The translations under genes were made by a program, and so were the position numbers. Below, in pieces: positions 26,629-38,380 of a stretch of DNA of 64,000 nucleotides. Numbering within the stretch: position 1 is the first letter of the stretch; the number at the start of each line of letters is the position of its first letter. This DNA is from Polyangiaceae bacterium (GTDB lineage: Bacteria > Myxococcota_A > Polyangia > Polyangiales > Polyangiaceae). The DNA is taken from the NCBI GenBank assembly GCA_044222475.1, contig JBGANF010000003.1, forward strand, positions 79,644-143,643, written 5' to 3'. The notes under the pieces were generated by a model. That model was given only the letters and a program-made list of their open reading frames with translations, was not told the origin of the DNA and did not search any database.

Positions 26629-28791
26629 TTGTCCGATTCCTCCCAAGCCTCGCGGTTCACCGGCGTCCTCCTCGAAATCGGCTGCGAAGAGCTGCCCTCG
26701 TCGTTCGTCGACGCGGCGCTCGCAGCGATGCCGGATCTCCTTCGAAAGCGCCTCGCGGAGCTTCGCATCAACCACGGTGAGGTGAAGGCGTACGGAACCC
26801 CGCGGCGCCTCGCCCTCGTCGCGCACGAGGTCGCCGATCGGCAGAGCGATCTCGACGAAGAGGTCGTCGGCCCTCCGGAGACTGCCGCGTACAAAGACGG
26901 AAAGCCTACCAAGGCCGCCGAGGCGTTCGCTCAGAAGCTGGGGATCCCGCTCGACGCGCTCTCGGTGAAGGAGCTCGGCGAAGGCAAGGCGAAGAAGCCG
27001 GGCCGCTACGTCGTCGGCCGCCACGCCGAGAAGGGCAAAGCGTCGTTCGACCTCCTCGGTGGAGTGCTCACCCAGGTCATCGGTGCCATCCCGTTCAAGA
27101 AGTCGATGCGCTGGGCCGATCTCGACGCGACGTTCGGCCGCCCGGTCCAGTGGATCGTGGCCCTCGTCGGCGACCGCGTGCTCGACGTCGAGTTCGCGGG
27201 GGTGAAGAGCGGGCGCGAGAGCCGCGGCCATCGCTTCCTCGCGCCCAAGCCCATCGCGGTCGAGAGCGCCCTTCGCTGGGTCGAGCAGCTCCGCGCGGCC
27301 CACGTCCTCGTCGACCGCGACGAGCGCGCGAAGACGATGATGGACCGCGTCGCCAAGGCCGCGGTCGCGCTCGGCGGCGTCCATGATCCCGATCCGTCGC
27401 TCGTGTCCGAGAACGCGTCGCTCGTCGAGGAACCCCACGTGGTCGTCGGCAGCTTCGAGAAGGAGTACCTCTCGCTCCCGCCCGCCGTCATCCGCGCGGT
27501 CGCGCGTGGGCACCAGAAGTATTTCTCCGTTCAGACCAGCAACGACGACGACGCTGCGCTGCTCCCCGCGTACCTCACGGTCGCGAACACCGCGAACGAC
27601 CCCAAGAAGGTCGCGAAGGGCAACGACAGCGTCATGCGAGCGCGACTCTCCGACGCGCGGTTCTTCTTCGAAGAGGACAAGAAGGTCGCCGCCGAGACGC
27701 GGGTCGACAAACTCTCCGGCATCGTCTTCCACAACCGCCTCGGCACCGTGCGCGAGAAGGTCGCCCGCATCGAGAAGCTCGCGGCGCACATCGCGGCCGA
27801 GGTCGGGCTCTCCGCCGCCGACTCGGCGCTCGTCGCGAAGGCCGCCCACCTCTGCAAGAACGATCTCGTCGCGCTCATGGTCGGCGAGTTCCCCGAGCTC
27901 CAAGGGACGATGGGCCGCGCGTATGCCCTCGCCGCCGGCGACGACCCGCGCGTCGCCGACGCCATCCGCGACCACTGGAAGCCGCTCGGCGGCGACGCCC
28001 CGGTCGCGGCCGACGTCGTGTCGAAGGTCGTCGCCATCGCCGACCGCCTCGACAGCCTCGTCGGTTGCTACGCCGTCGGGCTCTCACCGACCGGCGCAGC
28101 CGATCCGTTCGCGCTCCGGCGCGCGTGCATCGGCTTCCTCCGCACCATGATCGAAGGGGCGCCGGCGTCGTGGACCAAGCTCCACTTCGGCGAGCTGTGC
28201 TCGTTCGCCTACGGGCTCTACGAAGGGAAGAAGCTCGACCTCGACGAGGCCGCCACGCGCCAGAAGCTCGAGGGGTTCGCGGCCGAGCGCCTCCGCGGCA
28301 TCCTCGAAGGCCAGACGACACGAGCCGTCGCCGACGCGGTCCTCGCCGGCAACGCCTTCGCAGACGGCGAGATCGAGCCCGTCGTCATGCGGCCCGCATT
28401 TGCGCTCGCCAAGGCCCGCGCGCTCTCGAAGCTGGTCGAGGAAAAAGCGCCCTGGCTCGACAAAGCTCGCACGGTGGCCAAGCGTCTGAGTGGCATCAGC
28501 AAGGAAGCCAAACCGGAGCCCATCGCCAAGAGCGCGTTCTCGAAGCCGACCGATCAGGCGATCGTCGACCTCGTCGTCGCCCTCGACGAGAAGACGGCAG
28601 CCCTCGAAAGCGAGGCCGCGGTGCGCGAAGCGCTCGCCGCCATGGGTCCGCTCGCGGAGCAGGTCGACGCCATCTTCGTGAGCACCCTCGTCAACGACCC
28701 GAACGATGGCATCACGCCCCTTCGGCTCTCGCTCCTCTCCTACGGCGCGAGCTGCATGATGCGGATCGCCGACTTCACGCGGCTGGCGTGA
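26629..28791 (+). CDS. glyS: Glycine--tRNA ligase beta subunit
   Basis: LLEIGCEELP, YGTPRRLA, KSMRW..FGRPVQW, HQKYF, RARLSDARFF, MVGEFPELQG and ADPFALRR. Confidence 0.97.
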   Translation: MSDSSQASRFTGVLLEIGCEELPSSFVDAALAAMPDLLRKRLAELRINHGEVKAYGTPRRLALVAHEVADRQSDLDEEVVGPPETAAYKDGKPTKAAEAFAQKLGIPLDALSVKELGEGKAKKPGRYVVGRHAEKGKASFDLLGGVLTQVIGAIPFKKSMRWADLDATFGRPVQWIVALVGDRVLDVEFAGVKSGRESRGHRFLAPKPIAVESALRWVEQLRAAHVLVDRDERAKTMMDRVAKAAVALGGVHDPDPSLVSENASLVEEPHVVVGSFEKEYLSLPPAVIRAVARGHQKYFSVQTSNDDDAALLPAYLTVANTANDPKKVAKGNDSVMRARLSDARFFFEEDKKVAAETRVDKLSGIVFHNRLGTVREKVARIEKLAAHIAAEVGLSAADSALVAKAAHLCKNDLVALMVGEFPELQGTMGRAYALAAGDDPRVADAIRDHWKPLGGDAPVAADVVSKVVAIADRLDSLVGCYAVGLSPTGAADPFALRRACIGFLRTMIEGAPASWTKLHFGELCSFAYGLYEGKKLDLDEAATRQKLEGFAAERLRGILEGQTTRAVADAVLAGNAFADGEIEPVVMRPAFALAKARALSKLVEEKAPWLDKARTVAKRLSGISKEAKPEPIAKSAFSKPTDQAIVDLVVALDEKTAALESEAAVREALAAMGPLAEQVDAIFVSTLVNDPNDGITPLRLSLLSYGASCMMRIADFTRLA

Positions 28792-28793
28792 CG

Positions 28794-29666
28794 ATGCGGC
28801 GGGGCGCCAGGTTCGCTCTAGCCGCGTTGCTCCTCGCCGCGTGCCGCGCCCCGGCGACGCAGACCCAGCCGCTCCCGCCCGCGAGCGACTCGGCCGCCGC
28901 GGCGATCCCATCGGCCGCGGCGAGCGTCGCAGCGGTCGACCAGGTCCCGGTCGTCCCCGACGTCCAACCGGCACCCCTCGGCTGCATCGTGAAGTACTAC
29001 GGAGGCGCCGCGCGCCGTGACCCGACGGGTTGGGTGTGGGTCGGAGACGACGGCAAGAGCATCGCGTACCATGATGGTACGACGCGCGAAGATCGCTGGC
29101 GCAACCCGACCATCGAAGACCTCTTCGAGCAGCGGTACCACACCGGGCCGATCACGACCCCGGCCGAGGACTACGACCCCGGCCGGGTGCGCCAGGACGC
29201 GATCTTCTTCGCCGCGTTTGGTCACGACTCGGTCGAGGTGCAGAAGGCCCTGACGACGGTGATGATCGCCGGCAAGCCCTTCTCGGTGCACAAGAAGATC
29301 AAACCGCAGCTCGAGCGCGTCGCGGCCCGCGTGGCGATCGAGCTCAAGAAGACGCCGTCGCTCGCCGACTACTTCGACAAGCCCGGCGGCACGTTCAACT
29401 GGCGACTGATCGCCGGCACCGACATGCTCAGCAACCACTCGTGGGCGGTCGCGCTCGACCTCGACGTGCCGCACTCCAACTACTGGCGAAACGAGCCGGG
29501 CGTGGCCTCCGGGGCGAAGCCGATCATCTGGAAGAACCGCTACCCGCAGGCGGTGGTCGACGCCTTCGAGGCCGAGGGGTTCATCTGGGGTGGCCGCTGG
29601 CACCACTTCGACACGATGCACTTCGAGTATCGGCCGGAGTTGATCGATCAGTCCTGTTACCCGTAG
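28794..29666 (+). CDS. M15 family peptidoglycan metallopeptidase lipoprotein
   Basis: Lipobox LAAC; DPGRVR, FNWRLIAGT, SNHSWAVALD and WGGRWHHFDTMHFEYRPE. Confidence 0.9.
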   Translation: MRRGARFALAALLLAACRAPATQTQPLPPASDSAAAAIPSAAASVAAVDQVPVVPDVQPAPLGCIVKYYGGAARRDPTGWVWVGDDGKSIAYHDGTTREDRWRNPTIEDLFEQRYHTGPITTPAEDYDPGRVRQDAIFFAAFGHDSVEVQKALTTVMIAGKPFSVHKKIKPQLERVAARVAIELKKTPSLADYFDKPGGTFNWRLIAGTDMLSNHSWAVALDLDVPHSNYWRNEPGVASGAKPIIWKNRYPQAVVDAFEAEGFIWGGRWHHFDTMHFEYRPELIDQSCYP

Positions 29667-29710
29667 TTCACGCTAGCCACCGAACCCCATCGTTTCCGAA
29701 GACTTGGCCC

Positions 29711-29726
29711 TGGCATTGCGGTTGCA
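29711..29726 (+). promoter_or_regulatory. Sigma54 (-24/-12) promoter
   Basis: TGGCATTGCGGTTGCA fits GG-N10-GC and ends 16 nt before the ATG at 29743. Confidence 0.7.
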
Positions 29727-29742
29727 CCACGATCGCTCGACC

Positions 29743-30201
29743 ATGCAGCGTTCGCTCCTTTTCGCCCCGCTCGCCCTCGCGGGCGCCCTCCTCGGTGGCT
29801 GCGCCGCCGACCCCGCGCCCCAGGCAAACGGCTTCAATGTCGAGCTCTGGTTCGACGCGCCGGCGGGTGGGCTCGTCGTGGGGACCGCCAAAGAGGTCAA
29901 GGTCCAGCGCATCGAAGCGAACTACGCGCGCTGCCAGAGCTCGAGCACCGTCTGTGACCCCCGCGCGCCCGAGCCGATCTCGCTCGTGTCTGCCGCATGC
30001 GACGACGACGCCTGCACCGTCGACGCCTCGTCCAGCCGCGACGGTGCGGTCATCCTTCAGACGACCGGTACCAAAGAGGGACCGACGACCCTCCGCGTGA
30101 GCGTCAAGGACGTCGCCACCGGCGAGGTCTTCGAAGACGCGTTCCCGATCGTGGTGCAGCTTCCTCGCTCCCTCGACGAACGCCGCTTCGGCAGGCGCTG
30201 A
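29743..30201 (+). CDS. Hypothetical lipoprotein
   Basis: Signal peptide with lipobox LGGC. Confidence 0.7.
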   Translation: MQRSLLFAPLALAGALLGGCAADPAPQANGFNVELWFDAPAGGLVVGTAKEVKVQRIEANYARCQSSSTVCDPRAPEPISLVSAACDDDACTVDASSSRDGAVILQTTGTKEGPTTLRVSVKDVATGEVFEDAFPIVVQLPRSLDERRFGRR

Positions 30202-30204
30202 GCG

Positions 30205-30690
30205 TCAGCGTCGTTCGAGCACGACGTACTCGACGTCGCTCGACTCGCCCTTTCGTCGCTCCGTCTCGCGAAACGCCGCTCGGTCGATCTCCGGGAAGCG
30301 CACGTCCCCGTCGACCGCGCGATGAACCTCGGTGAGGAAGATCGTCGTCACGAGCGGCAGGGCCTCGGCGTAGATCCGCGCGCCTCCCACCACCCTCGGC
30401 TCTTCGTCGGTACGCCACGCCAGCTCCAGCGCCTCGGCGAGCGTCGCGCGCGCCTCGCATCCGGTGGCGACGAGCTCGGGGTGACTCGTCACGACGACGT
30501 TGGTCCGCCCGGGGAGCGCCTTTCCGATCGACTGATGGGTGAGCCTCCCCATCACGATGACATGGCCCATCGTCACGGCGCGGAAGTGCTTCATGTCTTC
30601 CGGGATGTGCCAGGGCAGCGCGTTCCCCTTCCCTATGATCCGGTCGTCGTTCATGGCGACGACGAGCGCGAGCTTGCGCGCCTGGGTCAC
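30205..30690 (-). CDS. folA: Dihydrofolate reductase
   Basis: [38 protein letters not shown] and GDVRFP; GTGA overlap with thyA. Confidence 0.96.
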   Translation of the reverse strand: MTQARKLALVVAMNDDRIIGKGNALPWHIPEDMKHFRAVTMGHVIVMGRLTHQSIGKALPGRTNVVVTSHPELVATGCEARATLAEALELAWRTDEEPRVVGGARIYAEALPLVTTIFLTEVHRAVDGDVRFPEIDRAAFRETERRKGESSDVEYVVLERR

Positions 30691-31535
30691 ACGCTCACCT
30701 CGGCCGCGATGTGCGGGTGCGGATCGTAGCCTTCGAGCGTGAAGTCCTCGAAGCGAAACGCGAAGAGGTCCTTCACGTCGGGGTTCATGCGCATCGTCGG
30801 CAGCTGCTTCGGCTCGCGCCCGAGCTGGAGCTTCGCTTGGTCGAAGTGGTTTCGGTAGAGGTGCGCATCCCCGAAGGTGTGCACGAACTCGCCGGGGCGG
30901 AGGCCCGACGCCTGCGCGATCATCATCGTGAGGAGCGCATAGCTCGCGATGTTGAACGGCACGCCGAGGAACACGTCGGCGCTGCGCTGGTAGAGCTGGC
31001 ACGAGAGCCGACCACGCGACACGTAGAACTGGAACAGCGTGTGGCACGGCGGGAGCGCGACCTGGTCGGCCTCCTTCGGGTTCCACCCGGTCACGATGTG
31101 ACGCCGGCTGTACGGCTTCTCGCGGAGGTCGTGCAGGAGGCGCTTGATCTGGTCGACGCCGTCGTTCTCCCACGTGCCGCTGCCGTCGGCCTTGGGCGTC
31201 GCCCCGAAGTTGCGCCACTGGTGACCGTACACCGGACCGAGGTCGCCCTCGCGGCGCCCGAACTTCGCCGTCTGCTCGGCGGTGGCCCACTCGTTCCAGA
31301 TTCGGACACCTGCATCCTGCAACGATTTGACGTGGGTCTCGCCGCGGAGGAACCAGAACAGCTCGTGGAGGATGCTCTTCAGGTGGAGCTTCTTCGTCGT
31401 GAGGAGGGGGAACCCCTCTTCGAGGTCGAAGCGCATCTGGTGCCCGAAGATGCCGCGCGTCCCCGTGCCGGTTCGGTCGTCGCGGTCGTCGCCCTTCTCG
31501 AGGACGATTCGGAGGAGGTCGAGGTACTGCTTCAT
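30687..31535 (-). CDS. thyA: Thymidylate synthase
   Basis: [43 protein letters not shown] and GDAHLY. Confidence 0.98.
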   Translation of the reverse strand: MKQYLDLLRIVLEKGDDRDDRTGTGTRGIFGHQMRFDLEEGFPLLTTKKLHLKSILHELFWFLRGETHVKSLQDAGVRIWNEWATAEQTAKFGRREGDLGPVYGHQWRNFGATPKADGSGTWENDGVDQIKRLLHDLREKPYSRRHIVTGWNPKEADQVALPPCHTLFQFYVSRGRLSCQLYQRSADVFLGVPFNIASYALLTMMIAQASGLRPGEFVHTFGDAHLYRNHFDQAKLQLGREPKQLPTMRMNPDVKDLFAFRFEDFTLEGYDPHPHIAAEVSV

Positions 31536-31542
31536 GCCGAGC

Positions 31543-32916
31543 TCACTTCCCGGAGTCTGCACCGCCGTCGGCGGCGCCACCAGCGACCTCGCCCGGTTTC
31601 GGCTTGCGGCTCACGAGGATGTGGCCGTGGTGGCCGCCCTTGTGATCGTCGTCCGGGTAGCCGTAGCGAAACGGAAGATCGGTGTGCGGGTTCGCGAGGA
31701 ACAGCTTCCGCAGGTCGTCCATGTTCTTGTTGTCCACGAGGCCGAACGGCTCGGAGTACGTGTACGAGCCGTACGTGTCCTGCACGAACCCCATCTTCTT
31801 CGCGTACGCCGGCGGGAACCCGGTCGAGTCGCTGATCATGAAGTCGGTGTGGGTCGCGAGGTAGTTGCGGATGATCGAGAACGCGTCGCTCCAGAGGAGG
31901 TGGCTCGCGGCCTTCGTCATCGTGGCGACCTTCGGGCCCTTGCTCTCCAAATGCTTCACGACGCGGCCGTCGATCTTCAAGTGATCGTCGTCGAGGTTCT
32001 GCGCCACGTGCCGGAGCACCTTGATCGGCGCCTTCGAGTCGCCCTTCTTCCGGAAGTGCAGCTCCATGTTCGAGAAGATCGACGCGTCGAGCTCGTCGGG
32101 GCGCTTCTTGCCCGCCTTCACCGCGGCGTCGCCGGCGTCGACGTCGGCCTGCTCGACGTACTTCACCGTGCCGTCCGGCTCGAACTTGAAGTAGCGCATC
32201 GCGATCGGCTCGTAGCCGTGGAGCGCCAACGCGACGAGGTCGAAGACGATCTCGCCGGGGAGGATGCTCTTGGTCCCGATGTCGAGGTTGTCGGTTCGGC
32301 TGTGCGCTTTTGCGAAGTACTTCCCGAGGACGGCGCGGTAGCGCGCGAGCTCCGGCTTGAGCACCGCAGCCTTGGCTTGGTCGATCTTGCGAATGTCGGA
32401 CGCGGTCTCCAGCGAGATCGTCGTGAAGTCCGTCCCGTCGGGGTACGTCGCGAGCGCGCCGAGGAGGTCGCCGCCGCCGAACGGATAGACGACGGTCTTG
32501 GGCGATTCCTTCGGCACCAGCCGAGCGAGGAACGGCATCGCGACCTCCATCCAGTCCTTCTTGAAGCCGTCGTAGGCTGCGAGCAGCTCCTTGCAGTGTG
32601 CATCGATCGCCGCTTGATCGAACGTCGCCGGAACCGGCTCGTCGCTGCCGCACGCGGCGACACGAAAGAGCGTTCGCACCTGCGCGTCGAAGCTCGCACC
32701 CGGGAGCGGTGCCGGCGCGAGCGCGACCTCGGCGTCGACTCCTCCGTCGCCATCGGCGAGCGCGGACGCATCGACCGCGAGCGCCGACGAAACCGAAGGC
32801 GCCGACGTGGCGTCGGTCTTGGGAGCGTTCTTGGTGCCACCGCACGCGCCGCAGGCGAAGCCCGACGTGGCGATGGCGACTACGAGGAACCGAACGAACT
32901 GGGGGGCGCGCCGCAC
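31543..32916 (-). CDS. Hypothetical lipoprotein
   Basis: Signal peptide with Cys; globular region with [18 protein letters not shown] and SDSTG; typical codon usage. Confidence 0.75.
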   Translation of the reverse strand: MRRAPQFVRFLVVAIATSGFACGACGGTKNAPKTDATSAPSVSSALAVDASALADGDGGVDAEVALAPAPLPGASFDAQVRTLFRVAACGSDEPVPATFDQAAIDAHCKELLAAYDGFKKDWMEVAMPFLARLVPKESPKTVVYPFGGGDLLGALATYPDGTDFTTISLETASDIRKIDQAKAAVLKPELARYRAVLGKYFAKAHSRTDNLDIGTKSILPGEIVFDLVALALHGYEPIAMRYFKFEPDGTVKYVEQADVDAGDAAVKAGKKRPDELDASIFSNMELHFRKKGDSKAPIKVLRHVAQNLDDDHLKIDGRVVKHLESKGPKVATMTKAASHLLWSDAFSIIRNYLATHTDFMISDSTGFPPAYAKKMGFVQDTYGSYTYSEPFGLVDNKNMDDLRKLFLANPHTDLPFRYGYPDDDHKGGHHGHILVSRKPKPGEVAGGAADGGADSGK

Positions 32917-32932
32917 GGCCGCGCACCCTACT

Positions 32933-33331
32933 CTACTTCTTCTTGGGGGCGAAGCCGTGCCAGCGCTTGTTGTGGGCTTCGATGCGCGACGCGAAGTTCA
33001 CCTCGACGGTCGCCGTCTTGCGGTGCGTCACCTTCGCCGATGCCGCCGCGGTGTCGTCGAAGTGGGCGTACGCCGTGCGCGCGGCGGCGAGGATGAGCAC
33101 GACGAGGCAGACCTGAACGAAGACCGCCATCGTGATGAGCGCTCCGCGGCGGGGCCGCCAGGGCGTCGGGACGGCGGGGTCGGAGAGCTCGTCCATCTCG
33201 TCGTCGATCGTCCACGCGGGCGGCGCCATCGACGGCGGGTCGGGCGGGAGTACGTCGGAAAGCTCGAGATCGAGCAGTTCGACGGCCGACTGCGGCGCGG
33301 TGTCGTCGGGGCTGAGCTCCAAGTCGGACAT
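32933..33331 (-). CDS. Small acidic single-pass membrane protein
   Basis: Acidic, Pro-rich N-terminus and one TM helix. Confidence 0.6.
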   Translation of the reverse strand: MSDLELSPDDTAPQSAVELLDLELSDVLPPDPPSMAPPAWTIDDEMDELSDPAVPTPWRPRRGALITMAVFVQVCLVVLILAAARTAYAHFDDTAAASAKVTHRKTATVEVNFASRIEAHNKRWHGFAPKKK

Positions 33332-33343
33332 GACCTGGTGCAA

Positions 33344-33359
33344 TGCGGGAATCGTGCCG
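33344..33359 (-). promoter_or_regulatory. Possible sigma54 promoter
   Basis: Minus strand reads CGGCACGATTCCCGCA (GG-N10-GC), ending 12 nt before the ATG at 33331. Confidence 0.5.
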
Positions 33360-33613
33360 AGGGGTGGATCGGCGAATCTTCGGCGAAATTTTCGCGTTCG
33401 ACGACCGCCCGCGGCCTACCGCGACCCCCGGCGGATCCCTCTCTTGGATCGCCCACCCACCAGGGACGAGGGGCCGACCCACCCTCAAAGGTGAAACTTT
33501 CCCACCACATGAAACACCTACATGCGCCGACCGATCGACCGGCTGCCCGGTCGATTCGGTGGGCGAGACTCCCAGAAATGCGGGATGCTTCCGCACCGGC
33601 CGGGAGCGCTGCC

Positions 33614-34432
33614 ATGAACAACCGCGTTCGTTGGGTGAAGAACGACAACGGGAACGTCGACGACAGCGCTTCGGACGCAGCGCCGACGCTCGCGCGATCT
33701 CCGATGACGTGGGAGCGCGCCAGCAAGGTGCTCACGGATGGGCGCCCGGATCTCGACGCGGACGACACGAACCCGGTGCCGGCGCTCTCACGCCAGCGCA
33801 TGCGCGTCGACGGAACCGAAGAGATCGACGCGGGCGACGTCCTCGAGGTCGCGGAGAGCCAGCGCTCGATGGTCGCGCCGGGCGCGACCTCCGAGGTCTC
33901 CGTCGACGACGTGCTCGAGGAGGTCGTCTCGGCGCCGACGAGCGGGCGCCAGACGAAGACCGAGCCCCCGTCCTCGCGCAGCCGCAAGACGGATCCGCCG
34001 TCCTCGCGCAACCGCAAGACCGAGCCCCCGTCGTCGGCGCGTCTGGTCCCGCAAGGGGTGCCCGTTCCCCACTGGACCGATCCGTCGCTCGAGATTCCCC
34101 GGCCGGCCCCGCTCCCCTCGGTCCCCTTCAGCGCGCTCGACCCGCGCGCGAACGATCCGCGGCGCGAGAAGACCGTCGTCGGCTTCCTCCCCCCGCGCAA
34201 GCCGGTGCAGAGCCGCGCTCCTTGGCTCGCGCTCGGCGCAGCGGCAGGGGCGGTCGTCGCCGCGATCCTCGTGATGCTCATCCTGCCGTCCGACGGCGGC
34301 ACCGCGACGGCGTCCGCGACGTCGGCGCGCGTTCCCACGTTCCACGGCAGCGGCGTGAAGCACCGCGTGGAGCGTTCGGTCGGACACGGCCCAGTCGTCC
34401 CCGTGTTCTCCGTCAACGCCCTACCGCGTTGA
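33614..34432 (+). CDS. Disordered acidic/Pro-rich protein with C-terminal TM helix
   Basis: GGAG RBS; three KT(E/D)PPSS repeats with a 30-nt period; one TM segment. Confidence 0.65.
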   Translation: MNNRVRWVKNDNGNVDDSASDAAPTLARSPMTWERASKVLTDGRPDLDADDTNPVPALSRQRMRVDGTEEIDAGDVLEVAESQRSMVAPGATSEVSVDDVLEEVVSAPTSGRQTKTEPPSSRSRKTDPPSSRNRKTEPPSSARLVPQGVPVPHWTDPSLEIPRPAPLPSVPFSALDPRANDPRREKTVVGFLPPRKPVQSRAPWLALGAAAGAVVAAILVMLILPSDGGTATASATSARVPTFHGSGVKHRVERSVGHGPVVPVFSVNALPR

Positions 34433-35099
34433 GCGATCGCAGGTAGAGGAACGCGAGCACGCCGAACACGAGGGCGGCTCCGATGAACAGCCCGATGATG
34501 ATCGGCGCGGCGCTTCGCCGAGGCGGCGGTCGTTCCACCCGCACGGTCCGCATGGGAGCGCGCGGCTGCGCCTGACGGACGTTCCAGAGATCGCGCTGCG
34601 GAACCGGACGGTCGATCATCAGATCCGAGACCTCGACCTCCATCGTCGAGTTCGCGGGCTCGATCGACGCCTCGGCGTCCACGAGCGCGGACGTCGAGAG
34701 CTCGCTGGCCTTGGGCTTGTGCCCGGTGGCCTCGCGGAGCTCCTCGACGACGTCGTCGAGGGACGCGTCGTCGTTGAGGGACGCTCCGCCGGGAAACGGT
34801 GTCGGGTTGCTGCGGAGCTTGGTCGGTGCGACCTCGGAGAACTCGTCGCGGTTCTTGGTCTCGCGGAGCTTCGTCGGCGCGGCGTCGAACGGCTCCTCGG
34901 TGACGGGGTCGAGGTTGAAGCTGGGGAGGGGCGCGGCCGCGCGCTCGAGCAGGATCTTCTCGACGTCCGGCACGGGCGCGGATTCGTCGGTGTGGAAGCG
35001 CGGCAGCGGCGCCGAGTCGACGTTCACCCGCGGAAGGGTCTCGGGGTCCGCCGGCGGCGGACGCGAGCTTGGGCCTTTCGGCGGGCGGCGGACGACCAC
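34413..35099 (-). CDS. Disordered acidic/Pro-rich protein with C-terminal TM anchor
   Basis: AGGAGA RBS before the GTG; APTKLR twice; C-terminal hydrophobic helix. Confidence 0.65.
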   Translation of the reverse strand: MVVRRPPKGPSSRPPPADPETLPRVNVDSAPLPRFHTDESAPVPDVEKILLERAAAPLPSFNLDPVTEEPFDAAPTKLRETKNRDEFSEVAPTKLRSNPTPFPGGASLNDDASLDDVVEELREATGHKPKASELSTSALVDAEASIEPANSTMEVEVSDLMIDRPVPQRDLWNVRQAQPRAPMRTVRVERPPPRRSAAPIIIGLFIGAALVFGVLAFLYLRSLNAVGR

Positions 35100-35200
35100 C
35101 TCTCCTACCTACCTCGATTGAGCCGGTTTCGCACGGCTTCCCCGCACGTTTCCCCCGCAGGCTTCCCTAGGAGGGCAAGGGGCGCTACATCCCCGATCCG

Positions 35201-37878
<2,678 letters not shown>

Positions 37879-37879
<1 letters not shown>

Positions 37880-38328
37880 TGGTCCGTCTCGTCGCGGAGT
37901 TTCTCTCCGCGGCCGAGGTGACCCTGCTCGGCGAGCTCGCACGAAGCGTCGTCTACGAGCGGGGTCGCCAAGGCACGGGGTACGACAAGTGCAGCGTCGT
38001 CGACCGACCCGAGGTCGCGCCGATCGTGCAGCGTGCTCTCGTCGAGCTCGGCGTCGCTGCGACACACCCGCACGACGCGTGGCTCATCCGCTACGGCGAG
38101 GGATCCCACATCCCGCCCCACGTCGATCCGGTCGAAGAGGGCGCGGAGCACCACCGGCTGAACGCCCTCGTGGCGGCGGCCGCCGGCGGTGAGGTGTTTG
38201 TCGACGGCGCCTTGGTCGCGCTGACCGTCGGCGCGGCGTACGTGTTTCGCCCCGATGCGATGCGCCACGAGGTGAGTCGCGTGGAGCGCGGGACACGGAT
38301 CGTCTTCTCGGTCGGGACGCTCCGCTGA
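37879..38328 (+). CDS. 2OG-Fe(II) oxygenase family protein
   Basis: HVD...H facial triad (PHVDP; RHEV) and the GTR 2-oxoglutarate-binding Arg. Confidence 0.75.
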
Positions 38329-38380
38329 CGCTGCGCCGGCCTCGCCGGTCGGTCCCCCCTCAATCCAACTGGGTACGTTG

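Noticed and set aside
33955..34040. 30-nt period direct repeats as a possible CRISPR-like array
   Set aside because: In-frame coding repeats (KTEPPSS) with no unique spacers, and no cas genes in the window.
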